A stretch of DNA of 64,000 nt from the NCBI GenBank assembly GCA_030704615.1, contig CM060731.1, forward strand, positions 9,176,001-9,240,000, written 5' to 3'. Both the position numbers and the translations under genes were made by a program. Under the pieces are notes generated by a model. It was not told the origin of the DNA. It ran no database searches and was given only the letters and a program-made list of their open reading frames with translations. Source of the stretch: Takakia lepidozioides (lineage: Eukaryota; Plantae; Bryophyta). Below are positions 47,547-62,069 of the stretch, in pieces; the first letter of the stretch is position 1; every line of letters begins with the position of its first letter.

Positions 47547-50500
47547 GGCCAAATATTGCAAAACCTCTCCACTCCTTTGCACAGACTCTACTTCACTCTC
47601 CAGTTCTTCGCTCTCCGATCTCAACCTCCAAATTAGACGAGGCAAGAGACGGGCTGTGCATCACCCCAGATAGTCAAACCGAATTCTTCACCCTCTTTCG
47701 TGTCCGATCAACAGAAAGAAGTGAAGACGATCCTAGGTCTGATCCAGCCCGCAAAACATCGCTACTTTCAATCCGCAGCACAGCAGTGAACCGAAACCGA
47801 GGCAAAAGCGTAGAATCAGTAGAATCCATGATCCGCAAGTGCGGTGACATCATCGCTGGTGCCACGATTCCAATCAAACACGCACAGTTGCTCTTTCACG
47901 TGGTGTAGACGCATGCGTGCTCTTTGCGTCCTCACGTTCTCGCCGGCATGGCCTAAAGTGCATCAACCAAAACCAAGCTTTACTTTCCCCAATCTTAGGA
48001 CCAGTGATGTCAGTTTCCACTTACAAATGTTGCGTGGCATAGTTGTCCCCAAACATTCAAAGCTCAAAACGAAGTCTAACAAAGATATGATAGACAAATA
48101 CATTGGTACATGCTATTACCTGAGGAGGTTTTATAGTGTCCACAGGAGCAATCTCAGCTGCGCAGTGTATAGGAACAAAGGGGAAGAGGCTCTTATTTGC
48201 GCCAACTCCTGTTGGAGTCACATATGTATATATATACACCAACAACTTGGAGGGTGAGGAGAAAGTGTGCATTACATCCAGAAGATAGACTGTGATGCTG
48301 CGGACAATGGAGGCGTTGGGCACATACAGGCCCCATGCATTGGGACACAAAACAAGACCACCTCCTATCATGGAAGCAGAGATTACATTTACATTAAGTG
48401 ACACAAGCACATCGAAGGCATGGCTTGCGACAGTGTCCAACTTTGCTATTATATTTCTGGCATTATTCAGCACTATTGTACAATTATGCTTCCTCTTTGA
48501 ATACTGGAGGCTCAAACAATGATTGGATTTGGTACCAAAAGAATGAAGCTGAGAATGGTGTACTACAGTATACGCCTGCGATTGGAACTGTTCTGGGGAC
48601 ATGATTACTTGCATACTCCTCATGGAACCTGCAATGCTGCACCATTCTTAGGCAGAAACATGTTAGCTGCGCGCAACAACACTGTCAACACCAACTCCAG
48701 TGGATCCACAAATGCACTAGCCCCTTTCGATATGAGTTATGTTCGTTACCAGCCACATGACATGAATGGGCTACCAGCAGGGGCTTGACACAGAGACAGA
48801 CAAATAGAAGGAAATTCATAACGTTCCCAGAAAGGCTCATGTGACACAGTAGAAAGGTCAGCTTTAGAGGGTAATGGCCTTGACGCCTCTCCCAATAACC
48901 ATGCATTGGCTCCACTTGGTGCCTTGGTTTCTGGCCCTGTACAAGGTGTCTATTGCAGCCAACCCAGCTATAAAGGAGGGATCGTTGAGTCAACAGGTCA
49001 CTTAATCTGGAAGTACCCCGGGTGCTTCTGACCAGGTCTGGACAACCATTTTGTCTAGAAGGGAATCCTCTAGAACGGAAACCGTGTCAGCTAAATGCTA
49101 CACTTTTAGACACCTTCAAATTTTGCCAAAAACAGCCATGAAAATATTCACATACAAGGGCTTCTACAAGGAGTGTAAGATACGTGAGCTGAGATGAGTT
49201 GGCCATAAGCAATGAAGGGTGCAATATTTTTTCAAAGGGGAGCTGAGAGATATTTTGTGAAAGTCTACCTAGGATGTGATTACCTTAACATCAAGCTCCT
49301 AATGTGGGGGTGCACCTGACATTTAGACCACAATCTTGTCAAGAAGAATGAAATGATCCCCCTCTTTGTTGAAGGCAGGGCATCATTTCAATCTTCTCAA
49401 GAAGGGAGATTGGGAAGGAACTGGTAACTATCCAATCACATAGTTGACTCCTGGAGAGACTATGTTGAGTTCTAAACAAGAGTGGGGTCATTGATCTTGA
49501 AGTGCAAGAACAAGCAGGCTTAAGCATGATCGGCAAGTTGTTGATCACGAGTTCTACACTCAACCAGGTTGTTCAGGGTAGGAAAAGAGAAATCTGCATA
49601 CCTGCTCTTCCCAGGGGGCTAAAGAGCCTTCTACATGTCTTGGTCAGTAGCGAGATGTATATTCCAGATAAGATTATGCCGGACTCTCTTACCCAATCTG
49701 TGTTTCTCTATATGTATATGGAAGCATTATTTCGGCTTGTTCTAGAAGAGACGACAGGATGAATTCCAGGTCAGACGGTGGGGTCAGTTGAATCGCATGC
49801 CCAATACCAGACACCCTAAGATAATTGACACTATTTCTTGGAAGCCGGACAGTCCTGCTAAACAGGCTAAGTCTTGGCCGAAAAGCGTAGAAGAGATTTT
49901 CAAGTATCTGAATATATTTAGTCCAGAAGATGAAGCTGACCACGAGGGGGTTGTGTCCAAAGTCATGTCTGATGCCCAAGACTGTCCAATGAAAATGAAG
50001 TTAGGGATAGAACTTGCCTGAACTTGTTTCCAGTCTGTGACATGGGTGAGGACCTTAAGGATGATCTCAAGGGTCTACCTACCCTCCGCAAAAGACTGAA
50101 ATTTAAACTCAGGGCAGGAAGCCTACCTCTGAACAATAAACAGATGCAGAGAGGAAGAGGAGATTGCAATTGCCCGATGTGCAGGCAGCCTTAAGACAAT
50201 ATCCATTTTCTGATACATCGTCCGGGATATTCTCACCAGAGAGTGACCCTTGTCAGGACAATTGAGCACTTTGTCCCTGCATCTACGTTCACCAACTTTC
50301 AAAATCTTGAGCTTAAAGCCCTGGCCTTGTTGGGGTCTAATTGCTGGGGCAGCTCGTACACAGCAAGTTGATGCTTGTGTGAAGGGCTTTCTAGAGGATA
50401 TCTGGAACTAATTGTTTATACCAAGGTAAGTCACACTACCAGAGTGAGCCCCTCACACAGGTAGTGTCTGTTCCCTTTAGTTCCGCCCAAACTGGGCGCC

Positions 50501-51323
50501 GGGTCTATGGCTACGAGGCTGCGGCAAAGAGCTTCTGATGAGTACATTCTGTATATGTATCTAAGAACCAAGTTAAGATGTGAAAGCAAAGGCTTTGGGA
50601 TAGAGGTAGTTGTACCACCATCCTCTATGGTATTTGCAGAGCTTGTGATGATCGGGGATAATACTGAAACCCCATCATTATATTTCATCCCTGGGTCTGC
50701 TCCAGAACCTAGACAAGCAGGGCTCGATCTAACTACTGCACTCTAGTAGGATTGTCTGTTGCCTTATCCAACAGACGATTCTCTGTAGCCAGATCTGCAT
50801 GACCACTATGTAAACTTGGGCTGAATCTAATACACTGTACTGAGCTGAAACTCCACAACCAGGATTAGTATCCTGCAGGGATCATGTTTTTTAAGGTACG
50901 TGATAGCTAACATTCCCAGGGAACGGTCAATGATTACATTCTTTAACCCCACTTTTTAGAAACTGGCAGTGCAATCATAGCCACATGTCACATCCCCAAG
51001 GTAGGGAGGTAGTGGTGGTCAGGATGTGATTTGTGGTGGGTTGTCAATGTCAGCTATGAAAGTAGCACTCAGATATCCTCACCCCGAGGCTGTGCCTAAG
51101 CTCAGGTGAACCTCACAATAGGCTCTGGGAGCAAGCCAAGAAATGCCAAAACCAGAGGGATTCCAGGATCATACATTTTACAACATTGAGGTTTGAATAA
51201 GAGACTACTCCATACTGCCTTTAAAACTTGGATGCCACATTGAATCGCCACGTCTTACGCTATCTACGGCTAGCATTCAGCCAGTTACAGTGACCGAGTC
51301 TCCCTGTATTAATTCGGCTGCAA

Positions 51324-54300
51324 CTAACACTCAGAGATTGTACTCATAAGACATTGTTTGCCGTAGCCTTGTGGCCATTGACCCCGCGCCCAGTTTGAAC
51401 GGAACATAAAGGGACTAAAGGGACTAACACTCAGAGAGAGAGAAGAAAAGAAAGTAAACATATTGTGTGCATTGGAGGGGATGAAGGAAAAAGAGAAAAA
51501 AATGAACATTCCCTCTGTGGAAGGCTCAAGCGACACAAGTAGAACCGAAAGAAAGAGAGAACTGCGTCAAACAACGTTTTATGAGTACATTCTCTCTCTT
51601 CATTGTGCTACTGATATCCTTGGGCCCTTGGTACCTACGGGCATTTCAAAATCTATTTTATCTTTCTTTCTTGTTTCTTTTCTCCTTGGGGGCATAGGCC
51701 ATGTTTGGGCAGAACCGACAAAGAGAGAGAGCAAGAGGTGTTATGAGCATCGACACTAAACTCAAGGCAACCGCCACTCCCTGGTAGCCACATTGATATT
51801 GACAAGGAGCAATAGAAAGAGTAAGCACATACATTGAGGTTCGTTGAGATAGCGGATTGTTGAAGGGCACGTCAGTGATGTACACAACCCAAGCCCCTGC
51901 ATGATTCAAGCAAGTACCAATCACTCTAGCAGCACAGCAAATGTTTACATCAATGCTTCTGTTGGTAATGCCTGACTGCCTCACAGGTCCAATCATGCCC
52001 ACATACTGTAGATCCGCCGTAAAACGGCAGATAGTTGCTTGAAGGACTGAGAATCATGGGTCAAGCTGGACACACCCGCTGCACAAGTGTTGACTTTTTG
52101 GGCTTGCCAAAGTACTTGTGACCAGTCATTTTCATCCAATCTTCTTGTATTTCTTTGCGGGTTAGAACCAAGTGAAGCTTTGGCAGTTTCAAAGGTGGAG
52201 GAGCAGGTTCTTCATTGGCTAGGCGATGTGCCACCCGCTTAGAGCGCTTGGTGGCTCCCTTGGTAGCACTGGTTGGCATCGTTTCTGCCACCGCCTGCAC
52301 AGCTTCATTGCCCCGGTTCCTACAGCAACCCAGCAAGTTCTGCCTGACTTTCAGTACCTCCAAATCAGGTGCATTATGTCTGGTGGCATGCCACCAACCT
52401 ATTCCCCTGACAACAGCCACCCTCCAACCTCAATCTGGCCTGCTAATCTGTTTCAACAAAAACACAGGTATATAAACTTGCAAATTTTGAGTTTGATATT
52501 GGAAGCACATTGAACTGGGTGCTCATGTCAAAGACAACCATTGTTGCTTGAAAAGCAGTTCCTAAGAGGAAAGACTTCAGCTTGTCTTCTGAACCAGCTC
52601 ACCAAGAATGGTTGACAGCCTACTGCTGTAGAAACTATAAGATATGCCGCCCCTCAAAGTTACGACTTTGGTGCCCAACGCGAAAGTACTGCCATCTTCA
52701 CGTGAATATCCTACACAGACTTCTACACAACATAACTTACCAATCTAAGCAGTCAAATTTGCAACACCTAGTAAGAAAATTCAGTATGATCCTTCATCAC
52801 ATGCACCCAGTCAACCCTGAATGACTGATGGACACTCGAGATTGAGAAAATCCAGACAATGGATTACAATAAATTAAATGATATACATCCCAATGCTCCT
52901 ACCTATATTCATGTACAAGAAGACATCTGTATATGGATTTATAAATACAGAAAAACATCTATGATTTCCAATAACAGTGAGAGTAACATGAGCACCTTCA
53001 ACATCTAACAAGCAGCTGAAGCATTTCTGTGGCAAGTCTCGTAGAAAAGTGGAGATCTTCCCAGCATGTACAGCCCTGCCGTGCAAGTTTGCTAAAGCAC
53101 GTTGTACATAGCCAGACCTAGCCACAGAACCTAGTCTGTAGTCCCCTCATATTCCATGAGCTAGAGGCGGGGAATTACACTATTACCCTATGAGCCCTTG
53201 CCACACTCGAATCCTAGCTAATCAATCCCTTGACCTCACAATGCCTGTCAACCATGCTTCGAATATCACAAGGCATCTGCGGTCTGATGAACGTAGCTGA
53301 AAATCAAGAACAACTACAAGGCAAGACCACACTGGGCACCAATACCAGTTGATCCTCCATGGCACTTCATAAAGGTAGGGAAATGTAAAATTACCAAAAG
53401 CTGAATAGCGAGAGCCAAACGAAGAATGTGACGGTAAGTATCAGCAACGTCACTACTTAATACACAAGACAAAGTCATGAAGGTACGATACCTTGTCAAA
53501 GACCGCAAACCACGCTCCATTTCCTCCTTGGGAGGAGTGAAGGACCGTGGTAAGTGTCGCTGTCTTCGGCAGGCAAGCGGTTGAGGCAGCTCCTGCTGTG
53601 GGGCAAGTTGCTGAGGCTGTCGCCGAGCATGAGTGGCCTGCACTGCCTGCTGCTTACACCGACGCATCCTCCCACGTTCAAAGTCTGCAGAGTCTCCCAG
53701 GGTGTTTGGCGCAGCCCGCTTCTGCTCCATCTCATGGTCTTGGCCATGCTTTTTGACATCTGTGCGTTGCCTCTGATGCTGTTTCTTTACCCGTATTCTC
53801 TGGTTAACAACAGTAGCTTCAGGTCCCTGTGAGTCTGCTGCAGGTTCTTCCCCTTCTGCATCTCTCTCTTCCAAACCTTCGTGCTTTTGCAGTCTCATGC
53901 CATCTTCGTCACTGGAATGCCATGAAATAATGAGGACAACGAACAAAGCCATAGTCCTACCTCCACTGTCCAATCTCATGCAAGTTGCTACAAATTTCAA
54001 GACCAGATTTCATTGCGTTGGCGAACTACCATTCAAATTTGGAATACAAAAGTCAAAGCACTTCCTTGAGTAGAGACTAGGAGCAGTGAGGTTGAAGTAC
54101 CTTTTTCCATAGAATGGCTTGGTGCCAGCACCCTCCACAACCTCATTGTCTTCATGCCGCTTACGGCCGCCATGCGTAGCACGGGAGCTGGATGTAGGAC
54201 ACCCAAGGACAACCCCTTACAAGATGACATATGGAACGTCACTTTGTTATTTTGAATAGTTGTAGGGCATCAACTTCATCTTTGTTTCATGACAACTAGT

Positions 54301-54400
54301 AGCAGAGATGCAGTTGCTTCTCCAGGCTTACCAACAAAGCAGACACTGACCTGCACAGCTCTCGTTGCCATTCCATGAATCTCTCACTCCTCACAACTGC
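51324..54400 (-). CDS. DUF1639-domain protein (exon structure partly uncertain)
   Basis: Exon ~52440-52075 with KLPKLHLVLTRKEIQEDWMKMTG...KPKK...VQ. Low-complexity upstream exon(s) 53490-54350; putative last exon ~51370-51324. Confidence 0.65.
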
Positions 54401-55443
54401 CCGTCTTGTTCCTGTTGGCTGCATCACACAACGAATGAAGGCACCTGCTAGTGAGTCAATCCCGCTTGCCATTCCAAGCAGAAAATACGTGACTTACCCA
54501 AACTGGATATGCAGGCACAATTCCAAGTCCTCTACACACACAGAGTGCAGGTATATGGACCAAAATGGACCAGAAATTAAGTCAATCAGCAGCATAATAT
54601 TCAAAAGCACGTCACAAGAAAACCAATACGAACATTAAATGTTTGTACTTTAATCGGACAAAATCCAAACAACTAAGAATTGCACAGACGAAGGAGCCTG
54701 ATCCTTCCCAGCATTTTTCAGCCAAAACTGTCACAGCTCTCAGAGAAAACGGCAAGTACGTTGCTTAGCCAACTAACCAAACACCACTGAATCAGCTCGA
54801 CCAACTCTTACGTATCTTGAAGTCTCAGCAAGAAGCGACAGCCGCAACGTTCTATAATCTTGGAAGTCCGACTTCAACAAATTGCCATGGAACTGAAATT
54901 TCAAACACCTCGCCACACAAAAAGCTTACCACATTACGACTCACAACGGCTTACCGCATCAACAGCTGTCGCTGCAGCCATGTCCAAGCCCTTCCGCTCC
55001 TCGGCTCAGAAGAAGCACCAGTGAATCGCAGCCAAAAAAGGAGCGGGACGACTACAACAACACCCCCAGACACGTGTGTCGCAATGCATCCGGGTCAGCA
55101 AGCAACCATCCCAAACCGGAAGCACGCTCCAATCCCTCCCCTCCCAGTTGCTCCTCTCCTCTGCCAATTGTAGCGCGCGTGGCTGCTCCCCCGCAGCTCA
55201 TCGCGGCCGCCCGCCCGTTTCTGCAGACTATCCATCCATCACCACCTCCATCGACGGATAATCGTCGCCCGTGGATGGATGTCTTGTGAATCGGTGGTCC
55301 AGCATCTCCTATTTACTGCAGGTGGCAATCGCCTTTAAAGCAGGAGATTGGATATATATATATATAACGTCTCGCCATTAATCAACATCCATCTATCCAT
55401 CCATTCATCCATCAAACATTGTCTAAATAACATCCACAGTCAC

Positions 55444-55516
55444 CAGACGTTAGCATCAGTCGGTAGCTCTGTTGAATACTGCCACCCGGGTGATCGTGGG
55501 TTCGAATTCTTCTGCC
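55444..55516 (+). other. tRNA-like sequence (pseudo-tRNA or SINE head)
   Basis: A-box-like TAGCATCAGTCGGTAG (55451) and B-box GGTTCGAAT (55499) at tRNA spacing; no convincing cloverleaf. Confidence 0.4.
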
Positions 55517-55645
55517 TGCTTGTGGTCGGCGAGGTTGCTTCGGAAAAGGCCATTTTTCTATTCTTTTGGACCGCCTTGTTGTCGGCGTAAGCTGGATAAG
55601 TGCAATGTGCGCCACCCCAGGTGAATCGGGGCTTCTGAAGCCTTA

Positions 55646-58600
55646 AAACAAGCCTGAAGCATGTACTCCTTTCCTCTCAAGAAGCAAGGTTTCACAGCAA
55701 AAAACAAGCCTGAAGCATGTACTCCTTTCCTCTCAAGAAGCAAGGTTTCACAACAAAGGGGCGAGCGGAAAGAGCAAGCAACGCGCAAGAGGAGGATCAA
55801 ACACACGGATCTGACACAAAACAGCTCTTATCCAAAGCTTGTACACCAAAATCACATATACACTAACACCCGAGTACACCACCCTGACCTTGTGTCAGGC
55901 GTCGTCTTTATACAAAAGCCCTAGCTTTAGTGGCCCGCTGCGTGGCGTGGCGTCACAAGCCAAGACCCACGACGCCGCCTTGTAGCCCTGGATCTGATGA
56001 AGGGCCAGGATCGAGCCACCAGCCAAAACTAACCCTAACCTAGATATCACGGTTTAACGGCTTTATACGCCAGAAAAAATACTACGGATGTGTATCGCCG
56101 TTTTGGATGAAACGGGCCATTTCTAGGCTAAGCAAATATGGGCTTTACATCTATGAAGCCTACCCCCCCCCCCTTCCCACCCCGCCCCACCCCGAAAAAT
56201 CCTGAGCTCCGCGAAGGAAAACAAATAATAGGAAATATCACCCTCCACTGTTGGGTGAAAAACCTACCAAGGGAAAACCTGGCATCTGCAAGTTGGGCCG
56301 AGTACAAAACCTTTGGCTAGAAAAACCGTGCAGGGAGTACAGATGATGATATACCATGAAACTAAAATGTTTCTAAGTCCTAGAGAGGTCAAGTCCGAGG
56401 ACTCTAAGAGTCACTATCCGCAAACTAAGACTAAGCCGCTGAGAGAGAAGATGATCAAGCTGAAGTAGATCGGTTAAGAAGATCAAGACATCACCCCACC
56501 GTGCGCCCCTCCACATTGATACATGTAAGATCAAAAACTAGCTCGGAATGCACCAAGTCTGTCAAGGAAACGAGTTCATCCTGCACTTCAGTAATAGAGC
56601 CTTGTGGAAGAAGGAGAGCACGTTGCCCACGTAAAATCTGATAGATCAAATATGGACCATCGATCTTGAGCTTAGATTTGCATGCATGTTTGCCATGTTG
56701 TAATCAAACGCACACGGTCTGTTCCACCTGAAACAAGTTAGAATACTTGACACGCTTGTTAAAATTACGGGCCTGGGTTAGCTGAGCCTTACCAATGTTC
56801 GTTATGGCATCATGGATAGACACCGCATGTCGAGCATGAACATCCTCAACAAAGGTCTCAAGATCAACTGAATCAGCAACAGTAGAGATAAGAGGGGTAT
56901 AATGCAAATGAGAAACACACTTGCGACCATACAACAACTTAAAATGAGCCTTCTTGGTGCTAGCATGCACGGCGGTGCGATAAGCAAAGAGAATATGGGG
57001 AAGAAAGGTATTCCACTCCCTGGTAAGTGCGTCATTTTTCTCCAACATTCGGCAAAGAGTTTGGTTGAAGCGTTCTGTGAGGCCATTGATCTGGGGATGG
57101 TACGGGGTTGTGGTGGAATGCTTAACACCGAAATTGAAACAAATCGCCGTGAGGAGCTGGTTACAAAACTCCTTGCCCTGATCCGTTAGTATCTCCCGAA
57201 GACACCCATGTCGCATAAGGATCTCATTGAAGAAGAACTGAGCTACAACATCACTAGCCTTGGAACGCAAAGGCCGTCCGACTTCTACCCACTTAGTCAA
57301 AGTAGTCGGTAGCAACACAAAGGTAGCTTCGACCCTTTGATGTGAGTGCGAGGGGTCCTACCAAGTTAATGCCAACACGAGCAAAAGCATGGGTGATAAG
57401 CAAAGGCTGCAGCTCATACAAGATCCGGGCCCTAGGAAAAGCAATGTTAGCACGACAACCTTCACACCTGGAGATGAACTCGGTGACGTCTCGGTGAATT
57501 CCCAGCCAATAGTATACCTCTTGGATGCAGGTCACAGTTTTATTGATACCAGGATGACCTGCATACAAGGAACAATGGAAACACTCCTATAAAACATTCA
57601 GCTGGCTCCGTGGTGGCACCTCCAAGTAGCATGGCACTCCCCCTCTAGTGAGTTCCTTGAAAAGCTTATCACCCATGAAATGCCATGAAATGATGAGTAG
57701 ACACATGATAGAGAATTTGTTTACGCAAGGACTCGGAAAGGCCAGCTGACGAACGCCGTGATTGGCATCGCTGGAGTAGCGTAACATGTAGCTGATTATC
57801 CATGACTGCACTGCACATAAGAGGTAGACAATGAGTTTTAGAAAAGGTGGTCTGGAGTGCCTGCACCTATGATCTCCAGCCAGGGATACCTTCATCTCAT
57901 TTGTTACTACTCATGGACAGCCAAATCAGGCCTTGAGGCTCAAGCCAATAGTCACACCGGAGTGCAGCAGCTGAATCACAACAAACTCGGGGGCCTAGGA
58001 AAGAGAAGAGCTGAAACACAACAAGGAACTTCCGCCAAACTATCTGAATTCTCGCTAAGCGATAGATCCACCATACATACTAACACACGAATAAATCAAC
58101 CAGAATCATCAAGAAGGCTAGACCAGCCCCAAGCAGCCAATATGCCATGTGAATCCAAGGCCAAGGGGTATTGATCAGCACAAAAAAGGTTGAGAAGAGG
58201 GGCAGGATCAGGAGGAGGGGCTGCATCAGCAGCAGCAAGGTCATCCAAGGTGAACATAGGCTTGCTGGCAGGAGGATCAACCCGTGTGAGTGCATTAGCA
58301 TTTGTGTTCTCCTTGCCTTTCTTGTAGACTATATCCATGTCAAATTCCTGCAGATACATAGCTCATCTAGCAAGTCTGCCATGAAGTTCCCTTGGCTTAA
58401 CAAGGGCCTTAAGTGGAAGATGATCAGTCTCCACCACAAACCGGCTACCATGCAAATATTGTCTGAAATGCTTCACACCAAATACTAAGGCCAGGCTGTG
58501 GCACACCACTAATGGGAGGAGTGGACGTCATTCCCACCATAGGAGTTGTTCTAGAGCTTAAATTGCTAGCATGAACAGGGACTGTATTGACATTGCTAGC

Positions 58601-61251
58601 ATGTATACCCATACCCAGATTAGCTGCAGTTCGTGGCAATCCCTCCATCTGTTGAACAGGAAGAGTTCCCACACGACTTGCATAACCAACAGACGAGGTG
58701 GAGGGCACTGATGCTACTGTCCCCCCACCTGCAGCAAGACTGGAGACATTCAACAAAGGGACAACACTCGGATGCAAACTTGAATTCAAAGAGCTAGTCC
58801 CTCCCCCGAGAATGGGATTAGGGAGGCTAATCACAGGCATATGCATCAGACTCGTTACTGGGGCCGACATACCGCTCATCGTAGCCCAAACATCCGAACC
58901 AGACCCGTCTACCCCCTGAACATGAACAGGCCGATGGGAGGGCATACCGTTTAATTCCCGAGCCAGCGTAGGCTTGGTTCGTCCAGCCACCAAGGCTTCA
59001 TCACTCCGATCATAAACAGAGAGGCCCTCAGGGTTGGCTATCCCAGAACCCTCATCTACCAATGCAATACCAGTTGGGGACTCTACAACTGCTCCCATCG
59101 TACTAGCATTAAAAAATTCATCATCACTCACCATGAAATTGCCTGCCTGCAGGTTGTCCGATCCCTCATTCATTTCTACTACACTTTCGGCCAGCGGCTC
59201 TCCTGAACTATTCATGGACCTCTGTCTTCCGGATCTCAACCAAGTAGCTCTAGAATCACCTAGCATGCAAGAAACGAAGTTAGATCGGATGCATAACCTT
59301 TAAGCAGCAGGGATATGGAGAGTGGGCCGAGCACTTGGCGAGCTGTCCTCTGGAACCCAAGTGGAACAATATATCACCCTCAACACCTTGTGTGACTGCA
59401 ACTCGTAAACTCCCAACACCAGCCACTCCCAACCGTCAGCTCCCTTAAGCCAAAAACCAACGCGGGTTGTGTCACCCTCTCTCCAGGTGCGCGAAAGCAC
59501 AACTGAGTTCGAGTAGTCACTCAATCTCTCAAACGCACTCGGACGAACCACTCGCTGTGAAGCAAAGGTAGTACCCACACCCAAGACTACTAGATCAGAT
59601 GACTGCACTATCAAGGCCCCACCCTTCAGACCATCAACCAACTATGAATAAGTAGGTGCCAAGGCGCAGGGCCGGAGCTGAAACCGTAGTACCCTTAAGA
59701 TCAAAGCCCCCGTGCCTTGTAACATTAATGACAACCAACGTCGCCCTACCACACTAGGGCCATAATGAAGCTCCGCACTTCGAACACCAGAGAGAGGTAA
59801 ATATAAACCAACTTCTAACCAGATCAATTCCCGATGGTGCAGAAAACGCGACTTGATCGTTCTAGACGACAGATTTTCTTCGTTGCGCAACTCAAATTCT
59901 CGCCTAGCAAGTTGTCTGGCTCTGGACACCACCGCACCAGGCTCAAGCAAAGGTCTCGTGAACAGGGCCTCGTGATGACTGGTTAATGCAGCAAGGTCAC
60001 CTACGACAGCTCTTTCTACACGCTCAAACAAAACTGATCCTCGTCACATATCTCACACAACAAATCATCTACTTCCTGCGACAACTCGATATTCCTCTCT
60101 AACTCTACTGCCTGCTGCATACTCTCGAAATATTCAGGTCTAGGATCAACAAAGTTGTCAAAATTATAATATTCCGGGTCACAATTATCTAGAGAACTGT
60201 CAGATTTTTCAAACCTTGGCGACCACGCCTTGCCTCATCTAAATTGTCATAATAACTACACCCGGAGAACCCAATGAAACTACAAGGGCTGGAACACAAG
60301 TGGTTGGTTCAAGGAGAGGCGATGCTGGTAAGGCAACACTGCCAGACCGCGCGCTGTCGGCCGTGTTAGCAGCAACAAGAACGTCGGCAGAGTTAGAAAC
60401 GACAGGGTTGGTTTCAACAACAGGAGGAGCAACAGGAACGACACCAACAGAACAAGGAGTGACAACAAGGTTAGTTTCCACACTAGGATTAGTTTCAACA
60501 ACAAGTTCCACACTAATCTGAAGAAGCAGGCTCTCCCCTTCTCTACGAGCTACACAAGACAAGTCACGAACAGTAGTCATTCCCTGCAACCACACCCCAG
60601 CGCGCAATGTGAGACGGCGATATCACAACAACAGGAGAAAATACGGCAATGCGAGGAGCCGCCATTGATAACACGCATTAGCAAACCATTTAGGCAGCAA
60701 GATGTAGAGCAGATCCCGCGAGAAAGACCTAACTGACCCTGACAGCGCGGGCAATATCCACCAACGCCTATGGTACCCGGTTTGTCTCCACCATAAAACA
60801 TTCCTGAACCATATACTCCTTTCCTCTCAATAAGCAAGGTTTCACAACAAAGGGGCGAGCGGAAAGAGCAAGCAACGCGCGAGAGGAAGATCAAACACAC
60901 GGATCTGACACAAATGAGCTCTCATCCAAAGCTTGTACACCAAAATCACATATACACTAACAGTCGAGTACACCGCCCTGAGCTTGTGTGGCGCCGTCTT
61001 TATACAAAAGCCCTAGCTTTAGTGGCCCGCCGCGTGGCGAGGCATCACAAGCCAAGGCCCACGGCGCCGCCTTGTAGCCCTGGATCTGATGAAGGGCCAG
61101 GATCGAGCCACCAGCCAAAACTAACCCTCACCTAGATATCATTGTAACGGTTTAACGGCTTTATATGCTAAAAAAAAATATACTACGGATGTGTATCGCC
61201 GTTTTGGATGAAACGGGCCATTTCTAGGCTAAGCAAATATGGGGCTTTACA
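55646..61251 (-). mobile_element. Decayed Ty3/gypsy LTR retrotransposon with internal deletions
   Basis: Direct repeats 55708-56149 and 60803-61251 ending ...GGCTTTACA (TGTAAAGC on - strand). PPT-like G tract at ~56160-56190 (-). Integrase (HPGINKT, C-x2-C, TDQGKEF, PYHPQINGLTERFN) at 56704-57568. RNase H end (YLQEFDMDIVYKKGKENTNANALTR) at 58096-58470. RT not seen. Confidence 0.85.
56704..58470 (-). pseudogene. Integrase and RNase H remnants of the second LTR element
   Basis: Motifs as above; stops and frameshifts. Confidence 0.85.
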
Positions 61252-62069
61252 AGCTCAAATCCTGCAATACTTTGCGCTTTTCTGCTACTTTTGCGGTTCT
61301 CGGATTCTCACAACAGCCAAACTGTTCTCCCTAGACCGGGAAAGGGCACTCTTTTCTAGAAGCTTCACTTCTTTTCCCGTTGCTTACTACCAAAAAAAAA
61401 AAAAAAAAAAAAAACATGGAACCTCTCACTCTGGCCCCAGGGCCTCTGTGGACACTTCTGGAAGCATCCATGCTGCGAGCAAATACATAGTACCTACATA
61501 TCCAGCCCATTGGCTACATTTTTTTTCCCCGCCTGGCCATTCGGGGTACTTATTATTTATCTGATATGGATCCCTTTTGGACCGTCTCAGCTCCGATTTG
61601 CTGGGGTTTTTTCCTACAAGTTGCTATCCTAGACAAGGAAAGTGCCATGATTTTAGGGTTTGCTTATGTATGTATACAGCGCCAAGCAAATATTCTTCGG
61701 GGACATCGTTGATGGGAGGCATATCTACATCCAGGTGGTCGTAATCGCAGGCAGGAATACTGGTTTTTCATCCATGCAATTGAGGTATATGCATGGGTAT
61801 GCATGCATGCATGCATGAGGGTGCAAGGAGGACGGTACTAGGGAGGCAGCCTCTGCTCGCGCCATGCTGCTGCTCTTTGCTCTTTTCTCTCTTCTGTTTT
61901 CTCTTCTGTGCTCTGCTCTGCTCTGCTTTGCTCTCGGTACTCTCCGCATCGTGCTTGTTTGGCTGGCCGCGGGAGAAAGGGGGAGTAGGTAGGCGGGTGG
62001 AGTGGAGTGCCCGGTCGGGGCTTTGGCGGAGAGAAGCGATCTCAAGTTAAGCTGTGAAGGCGTTGCAAG

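Noticed and set aside
48790-50780. Possible ancient LINE remnant or gene
   Set aside because: Only faint resemblance (e.g. LSMIGKLLI) and no unambiguous motifs; it cannot be supported without a search.
55444-55516. Functional tRNA gene
   Set aside because: A/B boxes are present, but I could not build acceptor and anticodon stems, so it is listed only as tRNA-like.
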